Assembly (NCBI RefSeq): GCF_036321535.1
Contig: NC_087436.1
Span: 82,524,001 to 82,588,000 of the forward strand
Length of the DNA stretch: 64,000 bases
Direction: 5' to 3'
Source of the DNA: Camelus dromedarius
Lineage: Eukaryota
Shown here one piece after another: positions 24,784-37,916 of this stretch. Made by a program: the position numbers and the translations under genes. The stretch's first letter is position 1, and the number at the start of each line of letters is the position of its first letter. The notes beneath the pieces are model-generated. The model was not told the origin of the DNA and ran no database searches. It worked only from the letters and a program-made list of their open reading frames with translations.

Positions 24784-25163
24784 TGTGGTTGCCAGCCGCC
24801 ACAATGGCCCCCAGTGATCCCCACCTCCTGTGGTCTCCTCCCATATTGTAGCAGAGTCAGACTGAGTCACCAACAGAAAATGGCAGAAGTACCTCACTTC
24901 TGATATGAGATTCTAAAAGACATTGTGGCTTCTTTCTTGGACTCTCTCTTTTAAGTCTCTCTCTGGTACCAGATACCATGTTATTAGCAACCCGTGGGAA
25001 AGGGCTGAAGCCTCCTGCCAGTAGCCATGTAAGTGAGCTCAGAGCAGATTCTAAGCAGTCCCATCCAGGTATCTACTGGATTCCTGATCCTCAGAAACTG
25101 AGAGAGATTTTAAGATTCTAAGCTTTAGTGTAATTTGTTGCACAGAAACAGACAACTAATACA
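24784..25163 (+). mobile_element. MaLR (MLT1-type) solo LTR
   Basis: TGTGG start, typical MLT1 interior, ending TAATTTGTTGCACAG...AACTAATACA. Confidence 0.7.
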
Positions 25164-25674
25164 CAGAACTAGGTGCTTACAAAAATATTCATTCTTTGCT
25201 CGTTTCATTTGTGCTTATTTCACAGAGTGATATTGTAGAGGAAAGGGACCTTTTCTGCTTCTCTGTTTATCAATAAATAACTGAATCCTGATACTCCAGC
25301 TTTTTTTTTCCAATTTCAAGACATTGTACATATGCATGAAGAATATTTTTAAAGTGAAGGTCACACAAATTACCTCTTTGGGGGGAATTCTGATTGTTGA
25401 TGAATTTATTTTTTGGCTGCATATTCATCCTACATGTATGTATGCTGTAAACATATGTATGAAACCTCTGCTTTGGAGAATTGATGTTCACTGTTGCTTT
25501 ATATTCTGCAGTTTTGATTGCTCATTTTTTGAACATCTTTCAAATCTCGATTATTAAAAACATGCTCATAGAAGTCAACTGTAACTTAGGAAAAGCAAAG
25601 GAAGTAGATTAAGACATAACCTAGCAAAACAAATTCTCAATTTAAATTCCTTCACTGTAGGAGAAATTTAAATT

Positions 25675-25676
25675 TT

Positions 25677-25727
<51 letters not shown>

Positions 25728-25750
25728 GTCTGTCTGTCTGTCTGTCTGTC
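25675..25750 (+). repeat. Compound microsatellite (TTTC)~13(TGTC)6
   Basis: Read directly from the sequence; lies in SPARCL1 intron 10. Confidence 0.95.
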
Positions 25751-26276
25751 ACTGAAGATGCAGGAATGGGTCACTTTTGGGTTAAAGGAATAACTTCCGG
25801 GCATAACTGGTGAAAATCTTTAATGTGCTAGTGCTAATAATGTGCTAATAAATTCTGAGATTCTTTTGGCATCTCCTATTGTCAGAGTCAGGCTTTCTGT
25901 TTTACTCTTCACACTTTAGCCCAATACCCAGGTTAAGGAAGGATATAAAACCCTTCCTTCTTTAGAAGGGTAGCCTTTTGGGATTTGGCACAGCTCTCTG
26001 GATTCACATCACTTTCTTAGGCTTAGCCAACTGCTGAGACCTCAGTGCAGTTATTCCTTAAATGTTTACTCTTGCTACCCTTTGAAAACAGTATCATAAA
26101 GGAGGTAAGAACCTTGCAGTGACAGCAGTTCTCCCTGAGACGCTGCCACCTTGTGGTCTCTTGGTCTCTAGGTCTCTAGTTTGCACACACAGCAGGACCT
26201 CTCTGTGAGGACTGCGGGGCTTATGGCTTGTCTGGAGAAGAGGACACCCCTTTCCCTGGACTGATAATGAATTTAC

Positions 26277-26425
26277 CTTCTTTAATTTCAAAGCAGAGGC
26301 CCCACTCCTTCAGGGTGATGTGCTTATCCTTGTTGGGGTCACATTCTTCAAAGAAGCGCGTTATGCAGTGTTCCATGGGCACCAGAGATGCGCGCAAAGG
26401 AGCGAGCTCAGAGTGTGTCAAGACT
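26277..26425 (-). CDS. SPARCL1: SPARCL1 exon 10 (EC domain, EF-hand 2)
   Basis: 149 nt with AG/GT boundaries: (R)[49 protein letters not shown]. Confidence 0.96.
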
Positions 26426-27053
26426 CTGCAATGAGATAAATGGCAGCCTATTAACTGAGTAGCTTATGTATAAAAAGTTAACTCAGGATCAGCAAGGGCA
26501 TTTTTCTTCCACAAGGTTGCTGAAGATGGCAAATAACTAATACAATCATGAGAAGCTGCAAATGAAATAAACTATTTATGGGTAAGATAGACAGCTTTTG
26601 GGGTGTCAGTTCACAAGGTTTCCTTCTTCACTAGGAACTGTCCTCCCTCCACTCTAAATTTATAGGGGTGAACCCAGCAATCACATGAGTACAACCTGGC
26701 TCTTACACCAGCCACACCTGATTGTTCCAGATGTAGGCACTTGACCCAAGTGGGGCCAATCAGATTGTCTTGAAGGAGATAAGAGTTGAAAGGAGAAAGA
26801 AGGAGAAAGAGTTGAAAGAGTCTTTTTGGGAGGCTGGACTCTAACATGTAAACTTGGGAGCTGTGGCGTGGCCATATTCTGTTATTTTCAAAGCAGCTTT
26901 GTGTTTAGACACCTAACCATATTTGTTTGTCATTGTTGTGTTCTGAAATGGAACTGGGAAATCTCCTAAACCTGTTTTTAAAAATTTTCTGTATAAATAA
27001 CTGGACATGATATCAGGGAGATGACATAGTAATGACAAGGTGAAAGTTTTTAC

Positions 27054-27202
27054 CTGTCCCTAGGATGTTGGTCAAGTTCACTAAACTGCCAGTGCACAGG
27101 ATACACATACATGTGGTAGTTTTTCTTAAAGTCTCTTAAAAGAAGGTCAATGGAATGGTCCCCAGCCAAGAGTCTCTTTTCATCCAGGTAAATTTTCTTG
27201 AC
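27054..27202 (-). CDS. SPARCL1: SPARCL1 exon 9
   Basis: 149 nt: [49 protein letters not shown](R). Confidence 0.96.
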
Positions 27203-28532
27203 CTGAGATTCGGAAGGGAGAAGATCAATAGAGAATCAGGCAAGTGTAATGGAATTGTCACTTGCTAAACTTTACTTGAGGAGTAATCCTAACATGACAG
27301 AGGAAAACAAGCCCAGAATGTTATTTGAAAACAAATTACACTCCTTGTCGGCACTGCAGCCTTTCTTACTTCTACATGGAATAATAGCTAATATTTTTTA
27401 AAAAACCTGTGGTTTTCAGAAGAAATATAAATCTTTTTTGATCTTTTAACAAAGTAATATTCATCACATTTCTTAAAATATACTATGAGGTTTTAATGAA
27501 AAGGGCTGAACTGACCCAGACAAAATTGTTTATTAGTGAAAAGTCCTGCTCTCTCCCCATTGGCATACTCTATTTCTTAATCCTGTATGGATTTCTTTCC
27601 AGTGCCTGCTTAGTCTCAGGTTAGCCCTGGTGTGACACTGTTTGGCACCTCCATTGAAATTTCCCTGTTTTGTACCTAATGCTCTCAAGGCTGTCTGTGA
27701 CGATGCATTGTTAAAGAGAAAAGACAGAAATTTGGGGGGGCAATGCTTATAAAACTCATAGCTTGTGACATTACCCATTATTTCAACGAGTAATTGGAAG
27801 CAATCAGAACAGAACTTCTGCTTGTTCCTATGAACTCACCTACCAATTTCCCTCCTTGTTAATATGGGAACTTGATAGGTAGGTAGGACTCTTGAACTCA
27901 CATTCCTCTCCACTTGCCACCCCGTTTCACTCTTTGCCTTTTCAGCAAAATGCTTCCACATCTGTCCTCCTATTCTCTTTTGAACCCTGTTCACTCAGGC
28001 TTTTCTCTTCCCCATTCTGCAGAAACAGCTCCTGTCAAGGTCAGCTATGAGTGCCATATGCCAAATCAGTGGCTAACTCTCAGTCCACACCTTAACAACT
28101 TGTAAACAGTGTTTGACACAGTTAATACACGCCCTCCTATTTTATTTTTGTATAGCATGTTTCATCCCACCTGACATAACTTATACATGTATTTGTATAA
28201 ATGTTTACTTGCATATATTTACATATTTGCATACATGTATATAGAAATATATGTGGTCTCTTTGCCTAGAATTTAAGCTCAGGAAGGCAGAGATTTTTGT
28301 TTGGTTCATTGCTATATTCCTAGCACATAAATCAATTTTAGGTACCTGGGATGCACTGAATAACTATCTGATAAGTGAATTTTCTCTGGGAACTTCTGGA
28401 TGCAATATTCTGTATTTTTAAATCCTAATATATTACTGACACTTTTCGTAATGGATTTCCCATATATCATAAATCTGTATCTGGCCTATGAAGGCAAAAA
28501 TGTTCTTTAGATTTAAATAATATGTCTGGGCC

Positions 28533-28654
28533 CATGGTGGATGGTATATAGCTCAATGGTAGAGTGTGTGCTTAGCATGCACGAGGTCCTGGGTTCAATC
28601 CCCAGTAACTCCATTAAACAAACAAACAAACAAACCTAATTACCACCCATATTT
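28533..28654 (+). mobile_element. tRNA-derived SINE (camelid Vic-1-like)
   Basis: TAGCTCAATGGTAGAG...GGGTTCAATCCCCAG...(AAAC)n CCTAATTACC. TSD ATAT(G/A)TCTGGGCC at 28520-28532 and 28655-28667. Confidence 0.9.
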
Positions 28655-28962
28655 ATATATCTGGGCCTGAACATATAAATGCTGAATTGAGGTTCATTTT
28701 GCTCAGTAGAGCCTGCTCTAGGTATATGTTCAAGAGCCCTTGCTCAGGGCATACCCTTTGTGTAGGAATGGGGTGGTTTGTCTGTGTCCCAAACCTTGTG
28801 ACATGAATGATGACCACTAGTATTCTGTTAATCCATATGTGTTACCCAGATGTATTACTTATATGCAGAGAGAGGAACCCCACCTCCAACCCCCTGCCCC
28901 TTGAAACCTTTTTCCTTAGGCCTGAAGACAGATGCTTAGGCAGCTGACCATGGATAACTTAC

Positions 28963-29099
28963 TTTATTTCTCTGCTTCTCATTTAGATATCCAGCGTGTT
29001 CAGGGTTAGGCTCGTAAAGCTGCATAAGGATATTCTTGAGCCAGTCTCTCATCCTTAGAGGAAACTGGGTCACTTCAAAATCTGTGCAAACAGGAATAG
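28963..29099 (-). CDS. SPARCL1: SPARCL1 exon 8
   Basis: 137 nt: (S)IPVCTDFEVTQFPLRMRDWLKNILMQLYEPNPEHAGYLNEKQRNK. Confidence 0.96.
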
Positions 29100-29214
29100 C
29101 TGTTCCAAGAGAAAGCAAATTGATTTTAATTTTGGGGTCTTACTCTTGTCCCATGAAAGTCCTCATAAACAGGATGCCTAACAGTTTCCAGTAACTAACA
29201 GCCCCTCCAACACA

Positions 29215-29410
29215 ACAGGGTTCCTTAACCCGGGTGGCACAACAGAATTTCCAGGAGTATTTTAAAAATGCCAGATGCCAGCTTCCATTCAAAGAAATAA
29301 TGATTTGATTGGTCTAGGGTGGAGCCTCGGCATCAGGATGTTTTAATAGTTCCAGAAGTGCAGCTAGGGCTGAGTCTGATGTGCTGGTAGGGCTGAGAAC
29401 CACTGCTCTA
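29215..29410. mobile_element. MER5-like DNA transposon relic
   Basis: Ends in GGGCTGAGAACCACTG with a MER5A-like interior (GGTCTAGGGTGGAGCC). A second similar relic lies at about 30288-30480. Confidence 0.6.
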
Positions 29411-29489
29411 GAATCAGAGAGTTGGAATTCAGAGGTGGAGGTTACAAGAGCTATTTATTACGGGAAAAGAGAAAAAAGACAGAAATTAG

Positions 29490-30070
29490 CTTATACCATG
29501 GTAAGAATGTTAAATCTCAGTGGCTTAAAGGAACAAAAGATTATTACCATTTTTTCAGGCTTTTTGAGATATAATTGACATACAACACCATGAGTTTAAG
29601 GTGTGCAGCATAATGACTTAAGTATACTGTGTAATGATTACTACAGTAAGTTTAGTTGACATTCATCACCTTACATAGTTACTTTCATTTTTTACCCCTT
29701 GTGGTGAGAACTTTTTAGCAACTTGCAAATATACCATACAGCAGTGTTGACTATAGCCGTCACGTTGTACGTCACGTCAAACGTTTATTTCTCCATCCTG
29801 CTACATGTCCAATGCAAGATGGCAGGAGGGCTCTGCTCATCGCAGTCTCTTTGGTGCTTAGGATGGTGGAGATGCCACAGGCTCAACACCATCTCAACAT
29901 GAGGTGAAGGGAGCATGGAGAGCCACACACCAGCTCTTAAATGCTTCTGCCCAGAACTCACATGGATGATTTTTGCTCAGATTTCATTGGACAGAGCAAC
30001 TCATATGGCCACGTCTAACACCAAGGAGGCTGAGATGTTGGGTCTTTTTTGTGTGTCAGGAAAGAGAGGA
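29490..30070. mobile_element. MaLR LTR fragment interrupted by an L1 3'-end fragment (~29550-29775, minus strand)
   Basis: MLT-like AATCTCAGTGGCTTAAA...TTTATTTCTC is split by L1-type TTTTGAGATATAATTGACATACAAC... Confidence 0.6.
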
Positions 30071-30507
30071 GACGTTAGTGAGCACTGCTAATGTGGAGAA
30101 TCACTTAGCGACCAGGAAATCCAAACACAATTGAGAATATCCTGGGAAAGGAAGATGATTTTTAAAAATTCTGAAAGAATATGTTGTCATCAAAACTTCT
30201 TGGTGGAGGCGTAACTTGAGAAGAGGACAACTAATTTTACAAAATTCCAATGACTCATCTCAGTTACTGAGTGGGTACCATTATCACACTGGTTTTGAAC
30301 CCTGGCTGACCATTAGGGTTGCCTAGGTTACTTTAAAAACAAATGAGAAAACAATGCTGAGGTTCCAACCTAGTCCAATTAAATCGGAATCTCTTATAGT
30401 TAAAGCCTGAAAATTATTCTTCTAATTAAAAAAATGTCTCCCCAGTTATTTTAATGTGCAGCCTGGATTCAGAACTACCTTTAGCTTTTTTTTGTTATTG
30501 TTGTTTG

Positions 30508-30620
30508 TATATATATGAGTATATATATGAGTATATAATATATATATATATATATTATATTATATTATATTATATTATATTATATTATATTATATTATAT
30601 AATATTATATATATATTATT
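30508..30620 (+). repeat. AT-rich (TA)n/(ATATT)n microsatellite
   Basis: Read directly from the sequence; about 60 nt from the exon 7 donor. Confidence 0.95.
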
Positions 30621-30677
30621 CAGATTCACTGAAAACCCTTTCAGCAACAGTGGTTGGCAGTAGTGATGGACTTTTAC

Positions 30678-30798
30678 ATTTGCAGGCTCCAAAATAATCC
30701 AATTGCAGTTGGTGCCCCTTTTTGGTCCCCTCCAGTCTGCACTTGGTAGCAAAGAGATGACAGGAGCTGGCATAGGTCTGATTGTCAGTGCCACAAAC
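30678..30798 (-). CDS. SPARCL1: SPARCL1 exon 7 (Kazal part of the follistatin-like domain)
   Basis: 121 nt: [40 protein letters not shown]. Confidence 0.96.
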
Positions 30799-31259
30799 CT
30801 AGGAAAGACAAGAATGAAAAAAAGCTCAAGTCTATGAATGTTCATTGGGAAAACACTCTGCTCCTTAAAGGCTGTTTGACGAACTGCCGTGCCAAAGATG
30901 TGGTCGGGTAGGTGAGGCCATTAAAATCCTAACTGTCCCACTTGGCACGAAAGTATCAACTCAATTATACCAATGGTGATGACAGTTTAGCTCTAGATAA
31001 ACTCAGTAGAATAAAAATTGCAGATGTTCCAAGGTTAAAATGAGTTTTAATTTGAATTCTACGTCAATGCCATTGTTGTTTTAGCGTGCAGTTGAAATTC
31101 TTGTTTTGTTGGCATTTGTTTCTATTGACTATTACTTAAATATTAGATGATAACCTGGGAAATTATTATTTTTTAAACAAAGATTTCAATTGCAAATGAC
31201 TTTCATTCAAATCACTAACTGTTTGGTGTCCCTTAAAGACCATTTTGTAGAATGCTTAC

Positions 31260-31378
31260 TTGGTCAAGGAGTTTTGTAGGAGGACAAGTCACTGGATCTT
31301 GGCAAACACAGTGGGGTTTTCCCTGTTGATCAGCCTTGCAGATGTGTCCTCTTTTACACTGGAAGCTCATGCAAGAAT
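31260..31378 (-). CDS. SPARCL1: SPARCL1 exon 6 (follistatin N-terminal part)
   Basis: 119 nt: (D)SCMSFQCKRGHICKADQQGKPHCVCQDPVTCPPTKLLDQ. Confidence 0.96.
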
Positions 31379-32091
31379 CTGACAGAAAAGTTTGGACAGG
31401 AAACATGGACAAAGATAAATTTAGTATGTAAACTCAAATTCATCCTGGCAATTAGTTCCATTTTCATTAATGAAAAAAAAATTGGGAAAATGTTAGGCGT
31501 CTTTTTAATGGATGTGTTAATTTTTAGGTGGGACTCTTTGACATCAGACCGTTTTACACAAAAGTCTGGATTTCTGTGCAGTTTGCATTATGGATTTAAA
31601 AAGAACAAACAGCTCTAAGCTTGGCCTGCCTGTAGTAGTCATAGTCTGATGTTTATAGTGCAATGCTGTGCAAGTTGGCCCAAAGTTAATTAAATACGCC
31701 ACAAGAATTTTATTGGTTGAAGTTCAAAATTTTATGATTGAGAATTAGGTCTCAAGTAAATATGGGATCTAAATTCAGTGGTAAATTATGGATTTGAGAG
31801 TAAATAAGGTAGAATTAATTATTCTTCTTAGATGCAGAAGAGAAAAAGAATTCTAGTGTTTGCAGTAATGCTGCAACTGGATCTCCAGTTTGTAAACACA
31901 GTTACCAGAGTTGTATATCAAAAGCGCGCAAGAGAATGTCAACAATTTATGGGAGCATTTCCTTGGGGAGTGGCAGGGAGAGGGAAAATTCTGTGCAGTA
32001 GCCACAAATAAAGAGATAGGGATAGCCCAACATGGCCGATTCCATCTCTTCCTTGACATCCTCACAGACAGCTTGCTTAGCTGGCACTCAC

Positions 32092-32164
32092 CAACACCAT
32101 GCATCCTCATGTTGCCATCAGTTGAACTGTCATCTTCATTCAGTGAGCTCTCTACTTTCTTGGC
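32092..32164 (-). CDS. SPARCL1: SPARCL1 exon 5
   Basis: 73 nt: AKKVESSLNEDDSSTDGNMRMHGV(D); donor G|gtgagt. Confidence 0.94.
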
Positions 32165-33467
32165 CTTTATAATAACAAGAGCAGAAGTTGAAGTCTATTT
32201 AGGGGAAAGCCATTACATAATTTACATTTCCACTGCACACCCTTTCACAGAGCTTTTCATACCCAAATCATTTCAATCTCAGGAGACACCAGCCACAAAT
32301 GTAGAAGTAGACATAACCCTTTGAGAACAGGAGCCGTTTTTATCTTTATCAACTGGATTCAGTGCTGTATCTCTAGGGATTACCCAATAGAAGTTGGAAC
32401 TAACATAAGAAGCAAAGTTGGAACCTCCCCTTTGGGTTTGGGAAAGCAGTAGAAATGTAATTTTACCGTGGGATTCTGTAGTTAAGACATGATTACATCA
32501 CTAATCTCTGTGGAGCTGTTAGGAAAGTTTTCTTATCAGGTTTCTATAGTGTCAGAAAACTCCTACCTTAGCTTGGCAGCAGAGTTTTTAGGAACTGAAG
32601 TTACGATTGAACTTGCCCACAAAAAGCTATGTCAAGTGCTCCTGGTGGGTGGCTGCCAGGATTTTGCATGAAAGCTCCAGATGACTAAACAACCGAATAA
32701 AAATATGCTTCTTCCCTTCCCCAACCCTGCTGCCATTTCTTGGTGATCATTTTGGTGTGTGTTTCCTTAATAAAGTTGTAGCTGAAGTCTTTGTTCTTTG
32801 CCTTTTTGGCTAAATCAATAAACATTGCTGTATCTTTTATTATGTTAGAGGTATTTTGCTAGACATTGGTGATTCAACTTGACTGTGACCTGGAACCTGC
32901 TCTCAAGGCATTAGAGCAGCAGTTGTCATGTCTTTCATCTCTCATATCTGTCAGAATTTACCATTCCAGTTAGCGCCAGTTACTTTCAACTGCCAGTATC
33001 AGCATCTCTGTGCCTGGAAAGCTGTGGCAATCTATATGGCCTGCTCTTTTAACAGGCAGACTGGAAGTGCTGAGAAATTAACACCCCTCATGGTAATTCT
33101 CAGCTTGTATAAAAGCCATCGCTCCCTCACTCTCTAAATGGCATGATTCAGAGGAATGTATTTTACATGGCTTTAATGATGTACCTTTGATTAGCTTCCT
33201 TTCCTTCCTGTGTCCCTTCTCCACTTCTCTTTGTTCTCTGAACTTCTCAAACTACACTAAAGTCCAGGGTGTGCTTCTAGGGGAACCCAAATAAAACAGG
33301 CATTTCCCCCCAGTGATGGAGATGGAGATGCAGAGAAAAATAATTACAACATATTGGAATAATGTACTGATAGAGATAAGCACAAGAGATTGCAAGAGCA
33401 CAGAGAAAGGTCATGGCTATTTTTTTGATAAAACACTTTATCAGACAATCACTATAAATAATCTTAC

Positions 33468-34463
33468 CCCTTGGTTTTCTACAGGTGCACTGGTATCCAC
33501 ATTCTCATTCTCATGTGCTTTTTCTCTTTGCTCCTCATATTTGATGTGGTAATAATTGGATTGAGCTCTTTCATTCTCCAGGAAGGCCTCGCTTGGGGTG
33601 AAGTAGTCATCACTTGCATTGTGTCTGGGGCCATCATCGCCATCACCATCAGCCCCGTGATTTCTGGGCATGATGTTACCATCATCAGTAGGCTCCACCA
33701 GCAAAGGCTCAAAAAGAGTCTTTTTACCCGTCTCCTCATGGTTGCTGTTAACTTCAAGGCCAGGCTTTCCTTCTTGGCTCTGCCATTCTGTATCTTGATC
33801 GTGTTTATTGATTTTTGACACAGTTTCCTCTTCCATTTCTGCATTGGAGTTTTCCTCCTCTTGTTCTTGGTTACCCTGCTCAAATTCATCTTTCTGCACC
33901 TTGCTTACTTGAGTTGGTTGATTGGACTCTTCCAAAATATCATCAGATTGGGTAATGTCTTCTTTCTGCTTGCTGTCAGGATGCTCCTTGGGAACTTCTC
34001 TCTCCCTTTCTTGGTTATCCTTGTGGGTACCAACTTCACCTGGCTCTTTTTCGCCTTCCTCTTCTCCATTTGGAATATTTGGATCCTGCTCTTCCCTTCC
34101 TTGATCATTTAGGTCTTGGCTATGTTTGCTGCTCCTGTTGAACTGAGGATGTGAGTCATTTGTAGTTTGTTGTTGGTTTTCCTCTGTCTTTGTGATGCTT
34201 TCTTGTTGGTTAGAATCTACAATGGAGCTAATGTCATGACCAAGGAAATCAGTGATCTCTGGGAGTGTTTCCTTTTCAGGCTCACTCATATCTTCCTTTA
34301 GGTCCAGTGTACCTTCAGTTGTTGCATACTCCAAATTCGCTGGTAAGTCACTTTCACTTTCCTCTTGATCCTGTAATCCCAGGTTTTGGCCATGACTCGG
34401 GTCTTGATCTGCTAACTGATCATAGTTTTCTTCCTCTGACTTTAGTATTGAAGATTTTTCAGG
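33468..34463 (-). CDS. SPARCL1: SPARCL1 exon 4 (large acidic domain)
   Basis: 996-nt open exon PEKSSILKSEEENYDQ...APVENQG, containing ORF 33441-34334. Rich in E, D and Q; AG/GT boundaries; phase 0-0. Confidence 0.96.
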
Positions 34464-34851
34464 CTAAAAAGAAAAAAAGCTTATTATTGAAACAAATGAT
34501 AATGTGATATCTGTATCATATTTATAATTCATAAGCCAAAATTCAATATTCATTATTCTTTTTCTTCACATTATATCTTGTAAACTTAATTTATGATGTT
34601 CTTCACATTCAATAGCTATAAGTTTAACCTGAATTTGAACTTTGTGAAATGGAACAATTATGCAGCACCTCAGCCCAAGGAAAACTCATTAATTGTCACA
34701 GATCTTCTAGTGATAGGAGGCAGTTGATGAGATCATATCTTAAAAAAAAAATTCAACTTACAGTGAATGAGGTAGTCTCTTTGACCATGCTTTAAAATTG
34801 AGACCTTTGGAGACTTAACCAATTTTATTAGTACAACCATGTGACTTGTAC

Positions 34852-35028
34852 CTTATGGTTGGGATGGTCTTCTATGGATACTGCAGTTTCCTTTTCATTT
34901 TCTGCATCTTCAGCCTTTACAGTGGGAACTGCAGTGCGCTCAGCTGTTACCAGCATTTCAGTCTTTTGGAAGGAATTCAAGGAATCAGCAGTTGGGTTGG
35001 AATGATCAGATAGGAACCTTGCTTGTGT
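34852..35028 (-). CDS. SPARCL1: SPARCL1 exon 3
   Basis: 177 nt: TQARFLSDHSNPTADSLNSFQKTEMLVTAERTAVPTVKAEDAENEKETAVSIEDHPNHK. Confidence 0.94.
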
Positions 35029-37862
35029 CTGAAAAAAATTAAAAACTGGTTTGTGTTATTCATGTCTAGATGTTAATGTTTAAAATTTCTAGTTACTCTC
35101 TTGTCATCATTGTTAGCAGTAATATGCTTCATTCGTATCATCAACTAAAAGATATTTTCTAGAAGTTTAAAGGGAACAAGCAAATATTCAGAATATAATC
35201 TTAAGTGAAAACGAAATCCAAATCATGATTAGGAAAATGTTACATATGCAGAGATTGTGAGGAAATAGAGCAAAAATGATTTCAGTAATAGCAACCTTTG
35301 ATTTTTAAATTATTTTCTTTTTTTTAACTTTTAAAAAGTATTTATACTTTATAATTTTGAAAAATGTTGTTTAGTAGAAAGTTGAAATTAAATTAACCAT
35401 AGGATTTAGTGTTGTACATTTTCTTAACTTTTAAGTACTCATTGATAATTAGCAGAAAAAGTTACAGACTTTTTACTCAGTATTTGTGTACTTTCCTAAC
35501 ATTATTGGTCTTATATTCATCAAGAAATCATGTCATACAAATAATTCAATCTAGAACTAATTCAAAAACTATGTGGAAAAAAAAAAAACCTGTGTGAAAC
35601 AGACACCAAATGTAGGAGGGGTGAACAGCTAGGGAGTGTCATTTCCTCTAGAGGAATGGCTCTATGTCTAGCAAGATTGGAGGCATACATGAAGAGCTGG
35701 GCAGTGATGCATGATGGAGAAATTGAACAACTGGACTTAGAGATAAAGGGCCTCCCTTTAAGTCTTGTCTGCTGTTTACTGTCTTTCGGTGGTTTGACAA
35801 ATTGTTAATCTCTACTCCCTCATCTCTCGAGGTGAAGTGAGCAGAAATATCAAGATAAAGCTATGTGTATAAAGCATTTCGTGAATTTTACGGGGGACCC
35901 AAATGAAAAATTACTCTAGCTAGTAGTAATATACAGTGGTAATAATAGGAACTGTCTGATACCTTAGGCAGGTATTCATCACAGATCTTTATTAGAGAGA
36001 TTCTGTGGACACTCAGATGTCAGACAGGTCCAAGTGTAAGTCTAAAACTCAGATTCTATTTGGATGGACTCATCTTTACTCCATTAGCAGGTCCTGTAGG
36101 GCTGATTATATAATATAAAGAAAGCCATGGAATATAGCATTTATTCTAGATGTAGATTTGCTCTCTTGCTTCTTATTACCTTTTCAACTAAAAGGAATAC
36201 TATTTGAAAACTTTTCCAAAGAAGCCATTTTAAAGAGGAAAATGGAGAAAGAACGGTGGCCAGCTTGGCAAGTTGCTGGCAGGGGCCCAATGAGGACAAC
36301 AGTGGAGGAGATTTTAGGCTTATTAGTGGAGAACTGCTCCCCCTCCCTGTGCCGTTCCTCCTCCCCCACTCCCCCTCAGCAAGCTGGAAGAAATGCATAA
36401 AAAACATAGCAGCTTATCTTTGTTCAGAAATTTTCAGAAAGTGAAGTTCTCTTTCATCATTATGTCCACAGGTATATTTTGTAACAACATACTCTCTGGA
36501 AATCTGTGTGGAATCTCCTAACTACACAGAATCCATTTACTTCTGGAGAATTCAGGCAGGAGGGGAAAATGACACAAGCTTGTTAATAGGTAAATCCTTT
36601 GAGAAGTTACTTCGCTTTTTAGCATTTGATGGGGTCTGTATGAGAACAGATTGTCCTAAAAAGGAAACATCTGGAACTTGTCTGTATGCAAGCATGTCAT
36701 TCAAACATTTGGTTCAAAGACACTTTGATGACTGTTTACATGGTAGCAACAGCTGCAAGGGTAAAACACATTTTCAGGAGAAAACAATGGTTCTGTGGGA
36801 ACTTACGTGCTGAACATAATTTCTTCCACTTTTTTAATTTCAGAGGACAATGTATAATTCCAGCTGGAGTAGCTCCTCACTACTTAAGCATGATTCTTAG
36901 CGGTGGTCATGAATTCTGTTTTCCAAGAACTGCTTGGGCTGGGTGGCATGGTGTTAGTCTTTGCTGACACAGCTGTTAACCAGAAGCTAGCTACCAGCTA
37001 TCCAAAAAGTAGGACAGAATTGTAGATGCAGTAGAGAGGGAGGGAGAGAAAGGACAAGAGATAAATTGCTCTTTCTGTTTGAAGGAGGTTGATTTCTCCA
37101 TTTGGTGAAAAGGAAAAAATTGGCATCAATCCTTTAGTTTGATTAAGGATGATATGGATCATTTGGGAGATAGCCAAATGATCATCCAAACCATAGTTTC
37201 ATTAAACAAACAAAAAGTCAGTTTTCATGTATTTTGAGGCTGCTGACATAGTTTCAAATGATCCAATTTGCTGATTTATTGCTGTGTGAATGGCAGGGCC
37301 AGTTATATCTGACTGTGAAGAAAAGAATGTTCTAGTCCTGTCTGCTTTCAGCATGTTTGCTTGGACAGATCCCCAAGGATGAGTTAGGAGTCAGTTTATG
37401 GTTACCATACCATTTCCTGTCCCTGAACTATTGGTTCCTGTTTTCATTGCAGACTCAGAATTTCTCAGCCAGTATGTATTGATCTTGAAGAAAATGCAAC
37501 TGGAGAATGTGGGTATTTGCCCCAAATTTCTCATACTAATGTGATGAGCTTCCATCAGAGAATTTATTTCTTCCTGTTCTCTTTGCTATTTGGGCATGTT
37601 TCCTGGATAATAAACTGATAGTCAACACTTTCCGCTGCATTTTTAATTGTATCTTACAGAACCTGATAGTTCTGAAAGAAATGTACTTTTAAAAAGTCAC
37701 ATTTCATTTTTTTCTAGTCATTCATTCCCTGCTTGGGAAAAAATAATATGATTAAAATAAAAAAGAGAATTTCAAATCACTTTATAAGAACTTTTTAAAT
37801 GGAGGATTTCTAAACTAAATGTCAGGAGGGAGAGATGTAGTAACAGAAGAAAGGATACTTAC

Positions 37863-37916
37863 CGGGATTGCAGCTACAGTTCCCAACATGTATAGGAAAA
37901 AAGCCACGGTCTTCAT
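37863..37916 (-). CDS. SPARCL1: SPARCL1 exon 2 coding part (signal peptide; exon 37863-37926)
   Basis: ttacag|GTCTAGAAAG ATG AAG ACC...ATC CCG|gtaagt, translating MKTVAFFLYMLGTVAAIP. Confidence 0.95.

Noticed and set aside
29760..29790. Cluster of ACGT motifs (CRE/E-box-like)
   Set aside because: Sits at an L1/LTR junction; too short, and no independent support for function.
33471..34507. Several overlapping ORFs around 33.4-34.5 kb
   Set aside because: Alternative-frame or antisense shadows of the low-complexity SPARCL1 exon 4.
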